Positions 1 through 9,680 of a stretch of 37,484 bases of DNA are shown piece by piece. Location: the sequence record SRR2962707_4969, one strand, 5' to 3'. A program made the translations under genes and the position numbers. Numbering within the stretch: position 1 is the first letter of the stretch; each line of letters starts with the position of its first letter. The notes under the pieces were generated by a model that saw only the letters and a list, made by a program, of their open reading frames with translations, did no database searches and had not been told where the DNA came from.

Positions 1-27
1 ACTGAGCGAAAGGAAAAGGCTGTTCTG

Positions 28-975
28 ATGAGCAAGCACCAAAGACCCCGCATTCTGATCACCGGTGCTGCCGGTGCGCTGGCCCAGCAGGTGATCCGCC
101 GCCTGCGAGAAAGCTGCGACCTGGTGGCCGTCGATTTCCGGGAACAGGTTTATCTGGGCGACGACATTCCCAGCTACTGCATTGACTTCAACAAGCGGGT
201 CTTTGAAGACCTGTTCCGACGCTACGAGTTTGATGGCGTGATACATCTCGGCCGCATCCTCTCCAGCCAACTGACCCGCATGCGCCGCTATAACGCCAAT
301 GTACTGGGCACCCAGAAGCTACTGGACCTATCCCACAAATACGGCATACGCCGGGTGATTGTGCTATCCACCTACCACGTCTATGGTGCCGTGGCCTATA
401 ACCCGGCGCTGATTGACGAGTCCGCCCCGCTCAAAAGCGCAGGCCTGAGTGCCGACCTGGTGGATTCAGTGGAGCTTGAGAACCTCGCCAACATCTATCT
501 TTGGCGCTACCCGGAACTCAACATCACTATTCTTCGGCCCTGCAACATCGTGGGCCCCGGTGTTCGCAATACCATGAGCACCCTGCTCAGCAGTGAGCGG
601 GCACCCGTATTGGCTGGCTTTTCGCCGATGATGCAGTTCATCCATATCGACGATATGGCAGACGCCATTGTCGCCGCCTGGGCAAAGCCCGTAAAAGGTG
701 TGTTCAATGTCGCGCCGCAAGACTGGGTCGCCTACCAGCACGCCCTGAAGCTCTGCGGTTGCAAAACCATACCCATTCCCTCCATTCCACCGAGCGTGCC
801 GAAGGCCATTGCCCGGGTTCTGAACCTGCGCAGCTTCCCTCCGTACCTGATGGCATTCTTCAAATATCCGGTGGTGATTGACGGTCGCGCCTTCGCCCGG
901 GAATTCGGTTTTGAGCCCAAACGGCCATTGAAAGAGATTTTCCGGTATTATCGCGATAACAAAAAACCGGTGTGA
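28..975 (+). CDS. NAD-dependent epimerase/dehydratase (extended SDR family)
   Basis: N-terminal Rossmann motif ILITGAAGALA; later NANVLGTQKLL, LSTYHVYG, ILRPCNIVGP and QFIHIDDMA; purine-rich RBS-like AAGGAAAAGG upstream. Confidence 0.85.
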   Translation: MSKHQRPRILITGAAGALAQQVIRRLRESCDLVAVDFREQVYLGDDIPSYCIDFNKRVFEDLFRRYEFDGVIHLGRILSSQLTRMRRYNANVLGTQKLLDLSHKYGIRRVIVLSTYHVYGAVAYNPALIDESAPLKSAGLSADLVDSVELENLANIYLWRYPELNITILRPCNIVGPGVRNTMSTLLSSERAPVLAGFSPMMQFIHIDDMADAIVAAWAKPVKGVFNVAPQDWVAYQHALKLCGCKTIPIPSIPPSVPKAIARVLNLRSFPPYLMAFFKYPVVIDGRAFAREFGFEPKRPLKEIFRYYRDNKKPV

Positions 976-1031
976 AACTCATCGGTAATTTGAGTATTCA
1001 AATAGACGAACGGCCCTTTTCGGCGCTACCC

Positions 1032-1048
1032 TGTACATATTAAATACA
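1032..1048. promoter_or_regulatory. TGT-N11-ACA palindrome upstream of prsK; candidate PrsR site
   Basis: CTGTA-CATATTAAA-TACAG; same spacing as the site upstream of the PEP-CTERM gene. Confidence 0.3.
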
Positions 1049-1099
1049 GTACCCGGGCACCGGCAGGCCCGGGATTCCCGGTGTTCAAGGAAAGAGCTA

Positions 1100-3238
1100 A
1101 TGTTCAGGGATCTCAGCGTGATCAGTCACGGTGCGGCAGCCGCTGTCTTTGCGGTTCTGGCCGTTCTTGTGGCAACCCGTTATCTTCGCCGCGACATTGA
1201 TCGTGCTCTGTTCCTTGCCGCCATTGTTACCGCCCTGTGGGCCTCCGTCCTGGTTACCCAAAGCCTCTGGGGATCGCCCGGATTCTTCACCCGCTACCTC
1301 CTGGAACTGCTCAGAGACACAGCCTGGTTACTCCTGCTGTTCGCCATGCTTCGCGACGGCTTTCGGCAAGGCCGGTTCACCAGTCAAATAAAGAAGGTAT
1401 TGGGTGCCGCGACGGCGATACTGATCATCACCTTGCTGGCCCTTGGTACACTTGAGTTCGCCCTCCACATCGATCTTGTCAGCGGTAAAACCAAGGTGAT
1501 CGGCCAGATCGCCCTGTCACTCCTGGGCCTGTCGCTGGTCGAGCAAATCTGGCGAAACTCTACTGTCTTCGGCCGCTCCAGCATGAAATACCTGTGCATT
1601 GGCGTTGCCACCATCTTCGCCTTTGATTTCTTCATGTATGCTGATGCGCTGCTGTTCGGGCAAGTCGCGGATTCGTTCTGGAATGCGCGCGGTTTTGTGA
1701 ACGCCGCACTCATGCCCCTGTTTGCCATTAATGTGGTGAACACACGCAAACAACCTGTGGACTTCCAGCTGTCCCGTTCGGCAGTATTTCACGCTGGCAC
1801 ACTCATCTTCGCGGGCGGATACCTGTTACTGCTGGCCATCGGCGGTTACTACGTGCGCGCCCTTGGGGGTGAGTGGGGCGAAGCCCTTCAGGTTCTGTTC
1901 ATCACCGTTTCTCTGGCGTTTCTGGTCACACTCCTGCTGTCGCGGCGTATTCGCAGCCGCCTGATGGTCTTCATCAGCCAGAACTTCTTCGACTACAAGT
2001 ACGACTATCGAGATGAATGGCTCAAGCTCACCAAGGAACTTGCCAACCTGAGCAACGAACCACCCCTGCCCGAACGAGTAGTGCGCATTCTGGCCGGACT
2101 GGTGGAAAGCAATGCTGGCGCGCTCTGGATAAAAGGCGAGCAGAAAGATTTCCACCTGAAAGCAAGCGTCAATATCGCGACTCCCAAGTACACCATCATT
2201 GACGAAGACTCGGACATGGTGAAGTTCTTTAAAGATCGCGAGTGGATCATTGATCTGAACGAATACCGGGAAGACCCGGTGAGCTACAACCTGCTGGAAA
2301 TACCGGACTCCATCACCAAGACGCCGGAAGCCTGGCTGGTCATCCCTCTGTATCTCGATAACGAACTCTATGGCATTGCCATGGTCGGCGCGCCCTACGC
2401 CAGGGTGGAGCTTAACTGGGAGAACTTCGACCTGATCAAGGTGGTGGCCCGCCAGACCTGTAACCTCATCGCCCAGAACGATGCCCAGAACCGACTCTCA
2501 CGGGCCATGCAGTTTGAAGCCGTCAGCAAGGCCAGCGCGTTCATGGTGCATGACCTGAAAACACTGATCGCCCAATTGTCTCTACTGGTCAAGAATGCGC
2601 CCAAGCATCGCAACAACCCGGCCTTTATCGACGACATGATTGCCACCACCGATCATGCGGTCCGTAAAATGTCGAACCTCGTGGATCATATCCGCAAACC
2701 ATCCTCGGGGGCGGACGAGCAACGCGCTCCCATAGACCTGACCCAACTGGTCCGCGAGCTGATTGAAGACAATAGCCGCCGCAGCCCGGCGCCCTGGCTG
2801 CAGGGCGCGCCACCCGCTATCCAGGTGTGTGCCGACAAGGAACAGCTGCGCAGCGTGCTGGGCCACCTGATTAGCAACGCCCAGGACGCCACGGCTCCAA
2901 CCGGGGAAATCACACTGAACCTGAAAACGGCCAAAGGCAACGTGGTGCTGTTTATCCAGGATACCGGCAGCGGCATGACGGAAGAGTTTATCCGCACCAG
3001 GCTTTTCAAACCCTTTGAAAGCACCAAAGGGCTTACCGGAATGGGTATTGGGGCCTACCAGGCCCGGGAATATATACAGGAACTCGGAGGTTCGATTGAC
3101 GTAACCAGCGAGCCCGGACTGGGCTCTTGCTTTTCGGTGCGTATTCCGCTGGCCACTGCGGCGACCGACGAAGAAACCGGCAGCAAACCGGAACCGACAG
3201 ATTCCGGTTTGCACGAGGACAGGCAAGCCGTCAATTAA
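1100..3238 (+). CDS. prsK: PEP-CTERM system sensor histidine kinase PrsK
   Basis: Multi-pass membrane N-terminus, NFFDYKYDYRDEW linker, GAF-like region, H-box FMVHDLKT, HATPase boxes (HLISNA, DTGSGM, FKPFESTK, GMGIG); precedes a sigma-54 regulator and a TPR lipoprotein. Confidence 0.92.
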   Translation: MFRDLSVISHGAAAAVFAVLAVLVATRYLRRDIDRALFLAAIVTALWASVLVTQSLWGSPGFFTRYLLELLRDTAWLLLLFAMLRDGFRQGRFTSQIKKVLGAATAILIITLLALGTLEFALHIDLVSGKTKVIGQIALSLLGLSLVEQIWRNSTVFGRSSMKYLCIGVATIFAFDFFMYADALLFGQVADSFWNARGFVNAALMPLFAINVVNTRKQPVDFQLSRSAVFHAGTLIFAGGYLLLLAIGGYYVRALGGEWGEALQVLFITVSLAFLVTLLLSRRIRSRLMVFISQNFFDYKYDYRDEWLKLTKELANLSNEPPLPERVVRILAGLVESNAGALWIKGEQKDFHLKASVNIATPKYTIIDEDSDMVKFFKDREWIIDLNEYREDPVSYNLLEIPDSITKTPEAWLVIPLYLDNELYGIAMVGAPYARVELNWENFDLIKVVARQTCNLIAQNDAQNRLSRAMQFEAVSKASAFMVHDLKTLIAQLSLLVKNAPKHRNNPAFIDDMIATTDHAVRKMSNLVDHIRKPSSGADEQRAPIDLTQLVRELIEDNSRRSPAPWLQGAPPAIQVCADKEQLRSVLGHLISNAQDATAPTGEITLNLKTAKGNVVLFIQDTGSGMTEEFIRTRLFKPFESTKGLTGMGIGAYQAREYIQELGGSIDVTSEPGLGSCFSVRIPLATAATDEETGSKPEPTDSGLHEDRQAVN

Positions 3239-3373
3239 CCGACGGAGACGACTATTTTATTAAGCGAGCATTGCAAAGTGTCAATGTTCAGTTAAGAATC
3301 AGAGTCATGGAATCGCGTTCGCCTCATGGGCGTCTATCCGATATGAACACGGAACAAAGGACTGGTTGTTGTT

Positions 3374-4744
3374 GTGAAGCAGTTATTGATAGTCGAGGAT
3401 GATCCTGGCCTCCAGAGCCAGATGCGATGGTGCTTCAGTGAAGACATTGAGGTCTCGGTGGCCGCTGATCGAGAATCAGCGTTAACGGCACTTCGGCGTC
3501 TCGAGCCTGAAGTGGTGACGCTCGATCTTGGCTTGCCACCCGACCCCGGCGGCGCCACTGAAGGTTTCGCCTTGCTGGAAGATATCCTGCGCCTGGCACC
3601 CATGACCAAAGTGATCGTGGTGACTGGCAGGGAAGACAAGGAAAACGCCGTCAAAGCCATAGGCATGGGAGCCTGCGACTTCTACCAGAAGCCGCTGGAT
3701 GCCGACATCCTCACGTTTGTGGTTAATCGGGCATTCCGCCTCGCGGAACTGGAAAAAGAAAACCGCGAACTGTCCTCGCAAGGCAATGGCACCAACATCA
3801 AAGGCATTGTTGCCGCCAGCCCCGAAATGCTGGTGATTTGCCGCACGGTTGAAAAGGTTGCGCCTACCGATGTCACCACCCTGATTACCGGCGAAACCGG
3901 TACCGGCAAGGAACTCCTGGCCCGGGCCCTGCACGACCTGAGCCATCGCGCCGACAAACCCTTTGCGGCCATCAACTGCGCCGCCATTCCGGAAAACCTG
4001 CTGGAAAGCGAACTGTTCGGGTTCGAGAAAGGCTCCTTTACCGGCGCAACCCAGTCCAAGAAAGGCAAGATTGAGAGCGCCAATGGCGGCACCCTGTTTC
4101 TCGACGAGATTGGGGATATGCCGATGGCACTGCAGGCTAAACTGCTTCGTTTCCTGCAGGAACGGGTCATCGACCGGGTAGGTTCGGTAAAACCGATTCC
4201 CGTTGATGTCCGGGTAGTGTGCGCCACACACCGAAATGTTCAGGACCTGATTGCCCAAGGGGATTTCCGGGAAGACCTCTATTACCGGATCAGCGAAATC
4301 ACACTGGATGTACCTGCCCTGCGTGAACGAGATGGTGACCCACTGGTGATCGCGCAGTCCCTGTTGAAAACCCTGGGCAAACAGATGGACCGCCCTAACC
4401 TCACGTTCTCGGACGATGCCGTTCAGGCCATCAATGCCTACAGCTGGCCAGGCAATGTGCGTGAAATGATCAACAAGGTGAAGCGGGCGATCATCATGGC
4501 CGACGGCAAGCGCATCACTGCCGAGGACCTGGTTCTACCCCTTGATGGCTGCGACACCGACTTTCAGCTCAACCTGCGCCAGGTACGTGAAGCGGCAGAA
4601 CGAAAGGCGATTATTCAGGCCCTCACCACCAGTAACTTCAACATGGCTCAGGCATCGCGCCTTCTGGGCGTTACCCGCCCGACGCTATACAACCTGACCG
4701 ACAAGTACCGGATTGAGACCAACACCGCCCCAAACGAGGCCTGA
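3374..4744 (+). CDS. prsR: Sigma-54-dependent response regulator PrsR (GTG start)
   Basis: Receiver domain (IVEDD, LDLGLPP), Walker A GETGTGKE, ESELFG..KGSFTGA, Walker B LFLDEIG, WPGNVRE, C-terminal Fis-type HTH. Confidence 0.93.
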   Translation: MKQLLIVEDDPGLQSQMRWCFSEDIEVSVAADRESALTALRRLEPEVVTLDLGLPPDPGGATEGFALLEDILRLAPMTKVIVVTGREDKENAVKAIGMGACDFYQKPLDADILTFVVNRAFRLAELEKENRELSSQGNGTNIKGIVAASPEMLVICRTVEKVAPTDVTTLITGETGTGKELLARALHDLSHRADKPFAAINCAAIPENLLESELFGFEKGSFTGATQSKKGKIESANGGTLFLDEIGDMPMALQAKLLRFLQERVIDRVGSVKPIPVDVRVVCATHRNVQDLIAQGDFREDLYYRISEITLDVPALRERDGDPLVIAQSLLKTLGKQMDRPNLTFSDDAVQAINAYSWPGNVREMINKVKRAIIMADGKRITAEDLVLPLDGCDTDFQLNLRQVREAAERKAIIQALTTSNFNMAQASRLLGVTRPTLYNLTDKYRIETNTAPNEA

Positions 4745-4794
4745 GACACCCAATGCTGGAACAGAACAAGACCCGACGAAGGAAGGACCAGGGC

Positions 4795-7497
4795 ATGAAG
4801 ATCAGAACTATTGCGCGTGCATCACTGCTATCCGCTGCCATCGCTTTGGCCGTGACGGGGTGCAACAGCGAACAGGACATGTCTCAGGAAGACATTCAGT
4901 ACATCAGCCATGTAGACCAGGCACGGTTTTTCCAGCGCCAGGGTGAGCTGAAAGCAAGCACCATCGAGGCCAGAAGTGCCATCGATCTCCAGCCGAATCG
5001 CACCGCCCCCTACTTTGTCATCATCCACAACCTGCTTACTGCCGGTGATGCGGCGAACGCTGAACGGCAACTGGACAAACTCCTTGAAAACACGAATATC
5101 GAGGAGCTGGGCCAATCGGAACGCAACCAGGCTGCGTTGATCCGGGCTGAAGCCCGTATTCTCCAGGGTAAACATCAGGAAGCCCTGGAATCTCTGGACC
5201 AAATCTCATCGCCCTCTCCGGATCAACAGTTGCAGGCAGACAACCTGAAAGGTCGCGCCTGGTTGACCAGCGGCGACTTTGACAAGGCCGAAGAGGCCTA
5301 TCAGAGCGCGTTCGACAAACACAGCAATAACGTCGTTGCCATGGTCGGCCTGTCCCGGGTTGCCACCGCCAAGGGCGACTTCGACACTGCAAAGGAACGC
5401 CTTGAGAAAGCCATAGAAATTGACGCTGAACACGAGGACGTCTGGCTCTGGAAAGCGCAATTCGCCCATGCCCAGCAACAATGGGCCGAAGCAGAACAGG
5501 CGTACATACGCGCACTGGAGACCATTGGCCAGTTCGACGTTATGACCTTCCGCAAATACCAGACCATTTCGGCCCTGATCACCGTTTTGCGTGAGCAGGG
5601 AAAATCGGCGGAGGCATTTGTCTATGAGGAAATCCTTGCCAAGTCCGGGCCGGGTACGATCAAAAGCAACCTGGAAGCCGCGGCTTCAGCCTATAATGAC
5701 GGCGACCTGAATACTGCCGCCAGATATCTGCAGGAAGTCCTTAACCAGGCTCCCAACCATCAACAAAGTGCGCTGATGCTGGGCGTAATACGTTATCGGC
5801 AAGGCCGCCCCCAGGAGGCGGAGAAACTGCTTGCACCGCTGGCCGATATGGAAAACGCCGATGAAGTACGCAAACTACTGGCCGCCACCCGCATATCCAT
5901 GCGCGACCCGGCAGGTGCAAAATCACTGCTGGAAGACCTGGAAGGCAGCGACGCCGATCCACAAACACTGGCACTGGTCGGCATTGCAAGCCTGGCCTCT
6001 GGCGATGACCAGAGTGGCCGCCAGCTCCTGGAAAAGTCGCTGGAACTGGCACCAGACAATCACAATCTGCGTTTGCGCTATGCGGCTTACCTCACTCAAA
6101 CCCGAGATTTCGCCACTGCCATCAAACAGGCCAGTCAGATTCCATCGGATGCCACTGAGGCCCTGCAGGCCACAATCCTGACATCCCAGGCCCAGGCTTT
6201 GTCTGGCAATTCGCAGGCGGCAACAGACACCCTGGACACATGGCTTAAAGCCAATCCGGACAGCATGGCTGCCCTGATTGCCCGCGGAAACCTGGCCAAC
6301 AGCCTGAACAACACTCAACAGGCGGCCAGCTACTTTGAGCGGGCGCACAAGCAACACCCGGAAGAAGCAGCTCCTCTGGTAGCTCTGGGCAACCTTGCCC
6401 GCGAACAGCAGAACACGGAGCAGGCGATTGCCTGGTACCGCCAGGCGGTCGAAACCAACCCGAACAACCTGCCCGCCATTCAGGCCCTTGCCGGTATGAT
6501 GAAGCGCGATCAACTGACCGGGCTGATGCAGGAAATCAGCAGCAAACATCCTGAGGCAAACGGACCGCGGCTGATCCTTCTGGAATCCGCGCTGATCAGC
6601 AACGATACGTTGCGAGCCGATGAACTGACCGCCCGGTTGATGGAAAGAGAGCGCGAAGACCAGCCCTCACAGGCTGAACCGCTGGTCGCTGCGGTATATG
6701 AAGGCATTGCCACTCAAATGGCACAGCGCGACAACAGCGAGCGCGCTCTGGAGATCCTGAGCCGCGGACGAGCGCTCTTCCCAGAGAACGAGGCCATCGC
6801 CCTAAAAGTGGCTGCCATCGAATTCAGCAATGGCAACGCAACCGCCGCGCGAAGCGCGCTGCAGGATGCCAAGCAGCATCACCCGGACTCCCCCGCGCCC
6901 TACCAGGTAGAAGCCAGCTATTACGAAAACCAGGGCGAACATCAGCAAGCTGCTGAGCTTTATCAACTGGCGCTGGCCAAGCGACAAACGGCGGAACTGG
7001 CCATCGCCCATGCTCGCGCACTCTCTAACGCCGGCCGATCTCAGAATTCGATAGAAGCACTGCAGGAAGCCAACAAACAATTCCCGAACAATTCGTCAAT
7101 TCTGCTTACACTGGCGCTTCAAACCCAGCAAGCAGGCCAGACGGATGCGGCCATTGAGCACTACCAGCAGGTTCTGCAACTGGCCCCGGACAACGCCCTG
7201 GCGCTGAACAATCTCGCCTGGCTGTATTACGAGGCCGGCAACAGCGAAGCGGCATCACTGGCCAAACGCGCCTACGAACTAGTGCCCGAAAATGCTGCGA
7301 TTGCAGATACCTACGGCTGGATCCTGTTCGAGGCTGGTGAACACGAGCAAAGCCTGGCGGTACTGGAAAGAGCCCATTCCCTGGCACCGGATTCCCAGGA
7401 AATTGCCATGCATCTGGCCGAAGCTTATCGAGCCACCGGCCGCACGGATGCGGCCCAGCAGATCATGGACAAGTTCAGCGCAGGCAACAACGGCTAA
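4795..7497 (+). CDS. prsT: PEP-CTERM system TPR-repeat lipoprotein PrsT
   Basis: ATG 4795 follows GGAAGGA and gives signal peptide MKIRTIAR...LAVTG-C, so it is preferred over 4753; about 900 aa of TPR-like repeats ending ALNNLAWLY/DTYGWIL; third gene of prsKRT. Confidence 0.85.
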   Translation: MKIRTIARASLLSAAIALAVTGCNSEQDMSQEDIQYISHVDQARFFQRQGELKASTIEARSAIDLQPNRTAPYFVIIHNLLTAGDAANAERQLDKLLENTNIEELGQSERNQAALIRAEARILQGKHQEALESLDQISSPSPDQQLQADNLKGRAWLTSGDFDKAEEAYQSAFDKHSNNVVAMVGLSRVATAKGDFDTAKERLEKAIEIDAEHEDVWLWKAQFAHAQQQWAEAEQAYIRALETIGQFDVMTFRKYQTISALITVLREQGKSAEAFVYEEILAKSGPGTIKSNLEAAASAYNDGDLNTAARYLQEVLNQAPNHQQSALMLGVIRYRQGRPQEAEKLLAPLADMENADEVRKLLAATRISMRDPAGAKSLLEDLEGSDADPQTLALVGIASLASGDDQSGRQLLEKSLELAPDNHNLRLRYAAYLTQTRDFATAIKQASQIPSDATEALQATILTSQAQALSGNSQAATDTLDTWLKANPDSMAALIARGNLANSLNNTQQAASYFERAHKQHPEEAAPLVALGNLAREQQNTEQAIAWYRQAVETNPNNLPAIQALAGMMKRDQLTGLMQEISSKHPEANGPRLILLESALISNDTLRADELTARLMEREREDQPSQAEPLVAAVYEGIATQMAQRDNSERALEILSRGRALFPENEAIALKVAAIEFSNGNATAARSALQDAKQHHPDSPAPYQVEASYYENQGEHQQAAELYQLALAKRQTAELAIAHARALSNAGRSQNSIEALQEANKQFPNNSSILLTLALQTQQAGQTDAAIEHYQQVLQLAPDNALALNNLAWLYYEAGNSEAASLAKRAYELVPENAAIADTYGWILFEAGEHEQSLAVLERAHSLAPDSQEIAMHLAEAYRATGRTDAAQQIMDKFSAGNNG

Positions 7498-7617
7498 TCA
7501 TTACTCACGCTATAACCAAAGAGAGGACATAACGAAACGTTCCTAGCCGCCGGTGGCAGCCCTGACCCACTGCAACAATACTTTACATATTGTTTCCAAT
7601 AGCAAGGAAGGTGGGTT

Positions 7618-9582
7618 ATGGCTGCTATCAAAGTGTTGAGCGTAGGCACCGTGGTGGTTCTGCTCAGCGGCTGTCAGAACTGGCAGTTCAGGGATATTGA
7701 GGATTTGCCACCGACAGCCGCGATACCAGAGACGAGCGAACCGGGAAAGGTCGATGTCTGGTATTTTGACGGTATCTCCGGGAACTACGTTCAGGGCATG
7801 CTGGACGCAGAGAAATATCCGGATTCGCCCGATGAAATCACTGAACTCACCCAACTGCGCCAAGCCACCAGCCGAGCCAATAATTACGGCACGCTGATCC
7901 GGGGCTTTATCGAGCCCCCCGAAACGGGCGAATACACCTTTTACATCAGCGGCGACGATCAGACACAACTGTGGTTATCTGACTCCCAGAACCCGGACGG
8001 TGCGGTTCAGATCGCCTCCACCATGTCCACGCCCCTCGATAATTTCACCCGCTACGCCTCACAAACCTCCGGCGTACAATATCTGGAGGCCGGCAAAAAA
8101 TATTATTTTGAATTCAGACACAAGGAAGGTGGATGGGACGACCACTTTACCGTCGCCTGGTCCGGCCCCGGCATCTCTCAGCAAGTGATCAGCGGCAGCG
8201 CGCTCCATAGCTACGCCCAGAAAGCCCCTGACTCGGCCCCCGAGATAACAACCGAAGATGCCTACCATCTGGGTTACCGAATCGGCTACTTTGACGCTGA
8301 ACAGGGCCTCTCATTCAACAGCCAATACCCACCACTTGATGCGGACAGTGATGATCTGTACGACAACTGGGAGATTGTGTACGGGCTGGATCCATCCAAT
8401 GCGGCCGACGCCAAATCCGATACCGACAATGACCTGCTTACCGCCATGGATGAGTTCTGGGCCAGGACCAATCCCGGCACCGAAGATACTGATAATGACG
8501 GTATTCCGGATGGGTACGAATACGCCTATGGCACGGACCCCACCAACCCGGGCGATGCCAATGTAGATCTTGACGGTGATGGCTACACCATCCTGCAAGA
8601 GTACCAGGCGGGCACCAATCCCACCGATGCCAGCGACTTCCCTGCCCCTCAGGAAGTGTACGCAACCGGATTCGTCGGCCAGTACTTCACAGGCACCGAG
8701 TTTGACAGCTTCGTTTACAGTCAGCGGGATGCGAGCGTCAACTTCAACTGGAATAGTGGAAGCCCGTCAGCGGAGCTTCCAAGAGACCGGTTCAGCGTGC
8801 GTTGGCAAGGATTGTTTACCCCCCCTCACAATGAAGGAACACGGGACTACACCTTCACCACCACCACGGATGATGGTGTTCGGCTTTTCCTCAACGGCTC
8901 TACCGTCATTGATCAGTGGAAGAACCAATCCCCCACCAGCTACAACGCCACCGCGAGTCTCGAAGCGGGGACCCCCGTTGCCATCACCATGGAGTACTTT
9001 GAGTTCGGCTGGGGCGCCACTGCACAACTGGCGATTACCGACGCCGCCACCGGGGATGCCATATCCACGACCAACACCGTCCAGCATCTGGCATTGGACA
9101 GCGAGTTCGCCGAAAGCACGTTGAACGACGGCATTGACGATCTTTACAAGCTTCGCTACGGACTCCCCCTGATGCAACCATCAGCCAGCCGGGTGCTTAA
9201 CGACAGCGGCGTGACGGTTCTTGAGGCTTATCAATCGGGCCTGCACCCATACACGCTCGAAACCGTCTCGGAACCAGAATCACCGGTCACCAGTCAGCCC
9301 GGTGGTACCGGCGATGCCAGCGGCAGTGTGACATTGTCGTGGACGCCTCCCGGCACCAGGGTAGATGGCAGCAGCATTTCTCTGAGCGAAATTGACCGTT
9401 ACCGGATCAACTACGGACAGGAGGCTTCAAACCTGACTCAAACTCTGGAGGTACCGGCAGGTACAACCTCAACCACGGTTACCGGCCTGGCGCCCGGCAC
9501 CTGGTACTTTACGATTCAGGTAATTGATATCAATGGATTGAGTAGTGAGCCGTCTGATCCGGTAGAGCATCAGGTTAACTAA
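7618..9582 (+). CDS. Lipoprotein with two PA14 domains, acidic DxDxDG Ca-binding repeats and a C-terminal fibronectin type III domain
   Basis: Lipobox LLSG-C; PA14 signatures (GFIEPPETGEYTFYISGDD; FSVRWQG...YTFTTTTDDGVRLFLNG); DTDNDGIPDGYE-type repeats; FN3 pattern VTLSWTPP...Y.INYG...GLAPGTWYFTI. Confidence 0.85.
   Translation: MAAIKVLSVGTVVVLLSGCQNWQFRDIEDLPPTAAIPETSEPGKVDVWYFDGISGNYVQGMLDAEKYPDSPDEITELTQLRQATSRANNYGTLIRGFIEPPETGEYTFYISGDDQTQLWLSDSQNPDGAVQIASTMSTPLDNFTRYASQTSGVQYLEAGKKYYFEFRHKEGGWDDHFTVAWSGPGISQQVISGSALHSYAQKAPDSAPEITTEDAYHLGYRIGYFDAEQGLSFNSQYPPLDADSDDLYDNWEIVYGLDPSNAADAKSDTDNDLLTAMDEFWARTNPGTEDTDNDGIPDGYEYAYGTDPTNPGDANVDLDGDGYTILQEYQAGTNPTDASDFPAPQEVYATGFVGQYFTGTEFDSFVYSQRDASVNFNWNSGSPSAELPRDRFSVRWQGLFTPPHNEGTRDYTFTTTTDDGVRLFLNGSTVIDQWKNQSPTSYNATASLEAGTPVAITMEYFEFGWGATAQLAITDAATGDAISTTNTVQHLALDSEFAESTLNDGIDDLYKLRYGLPLMQPSASRVLNDSGVTVLEAYQSGLHPYTLETVSEPESPVTSQPGGTGDASGSVTLSWTPPGTRVDGSSISLSEIDRYRINYGQEASNLTQTLEVPAGTTSTTVTGLAPGTWYFTIQVIDINGLSSEPSDPVEHQVN
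8338..8640 (+). repeat. Two ~49-aa intragenic TSP3-like DxDxDGxxD repeat units
   Basis: DADSDDLYDNWEIVYGLDP...DTDNDLLTAMDEF...TNP aligns with DTDNDGIPDGYEYAYGTDP...DLDGDGYTILQEY...TNP. Confidence 0.75.
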
Positions 9583-9596
9583 GTGAGCATTCTGGT

Positions 9597-9613
9597 TGTC
9601 GAGTTATTTTACA
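9597..9613 (+). promoter_or_regulatory. PEP-CTERM upstream enhancer (putative PrsR binding site)
   Basis: TGTCGAGTTATTTTACA (TGT-N11-ACA ending TTTACA), about 50 bp upstream of a sigma-54 box. Confidence 0.75.
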
Positions 9614-9646
9614 ACCAAACAACAACGGACAAAAAAAGCCATTGAA

Positions 9647-9659
9647 AATCAATGCCTTA
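9647..9659 (+). promoter_or_regulatory. IHF binding site
   Basis: AATCAATGCCTTA matches WATCAANNNNTTR exactly; A-tract upstream; lies between enhancer and sigma-54 box. Confidence 0.65.
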
Positions 9660-9664
9660 AAATC

Positions 9665-9680
9665 TGGCACGAAGCCTGCA
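9665..9680 (+). promoter_or_regulatory. Sigma-54 (-24/-12) promoter
   Basis: TGGCAC-GAAGC-CTGCA versus consensus TGGCAC-N5-TTGCW. Confidence 0.85.

Noticed and set aside
1031-1049. Possible LexA box
   Set aside because: Spacing is CTGT-N11-ACAG, not N8
4030-4048. GSFTGA instead of GAFTGA in PrsR
   Set aside because: Common variant that keeps the F and T; a sigma-54 target promoter is present nearby
7555-7575. TGGCAG...TGCA as a sigma-54 promoter for the PA14 gene
   Set aside because: GG-to-GC spacing is not 10 nt
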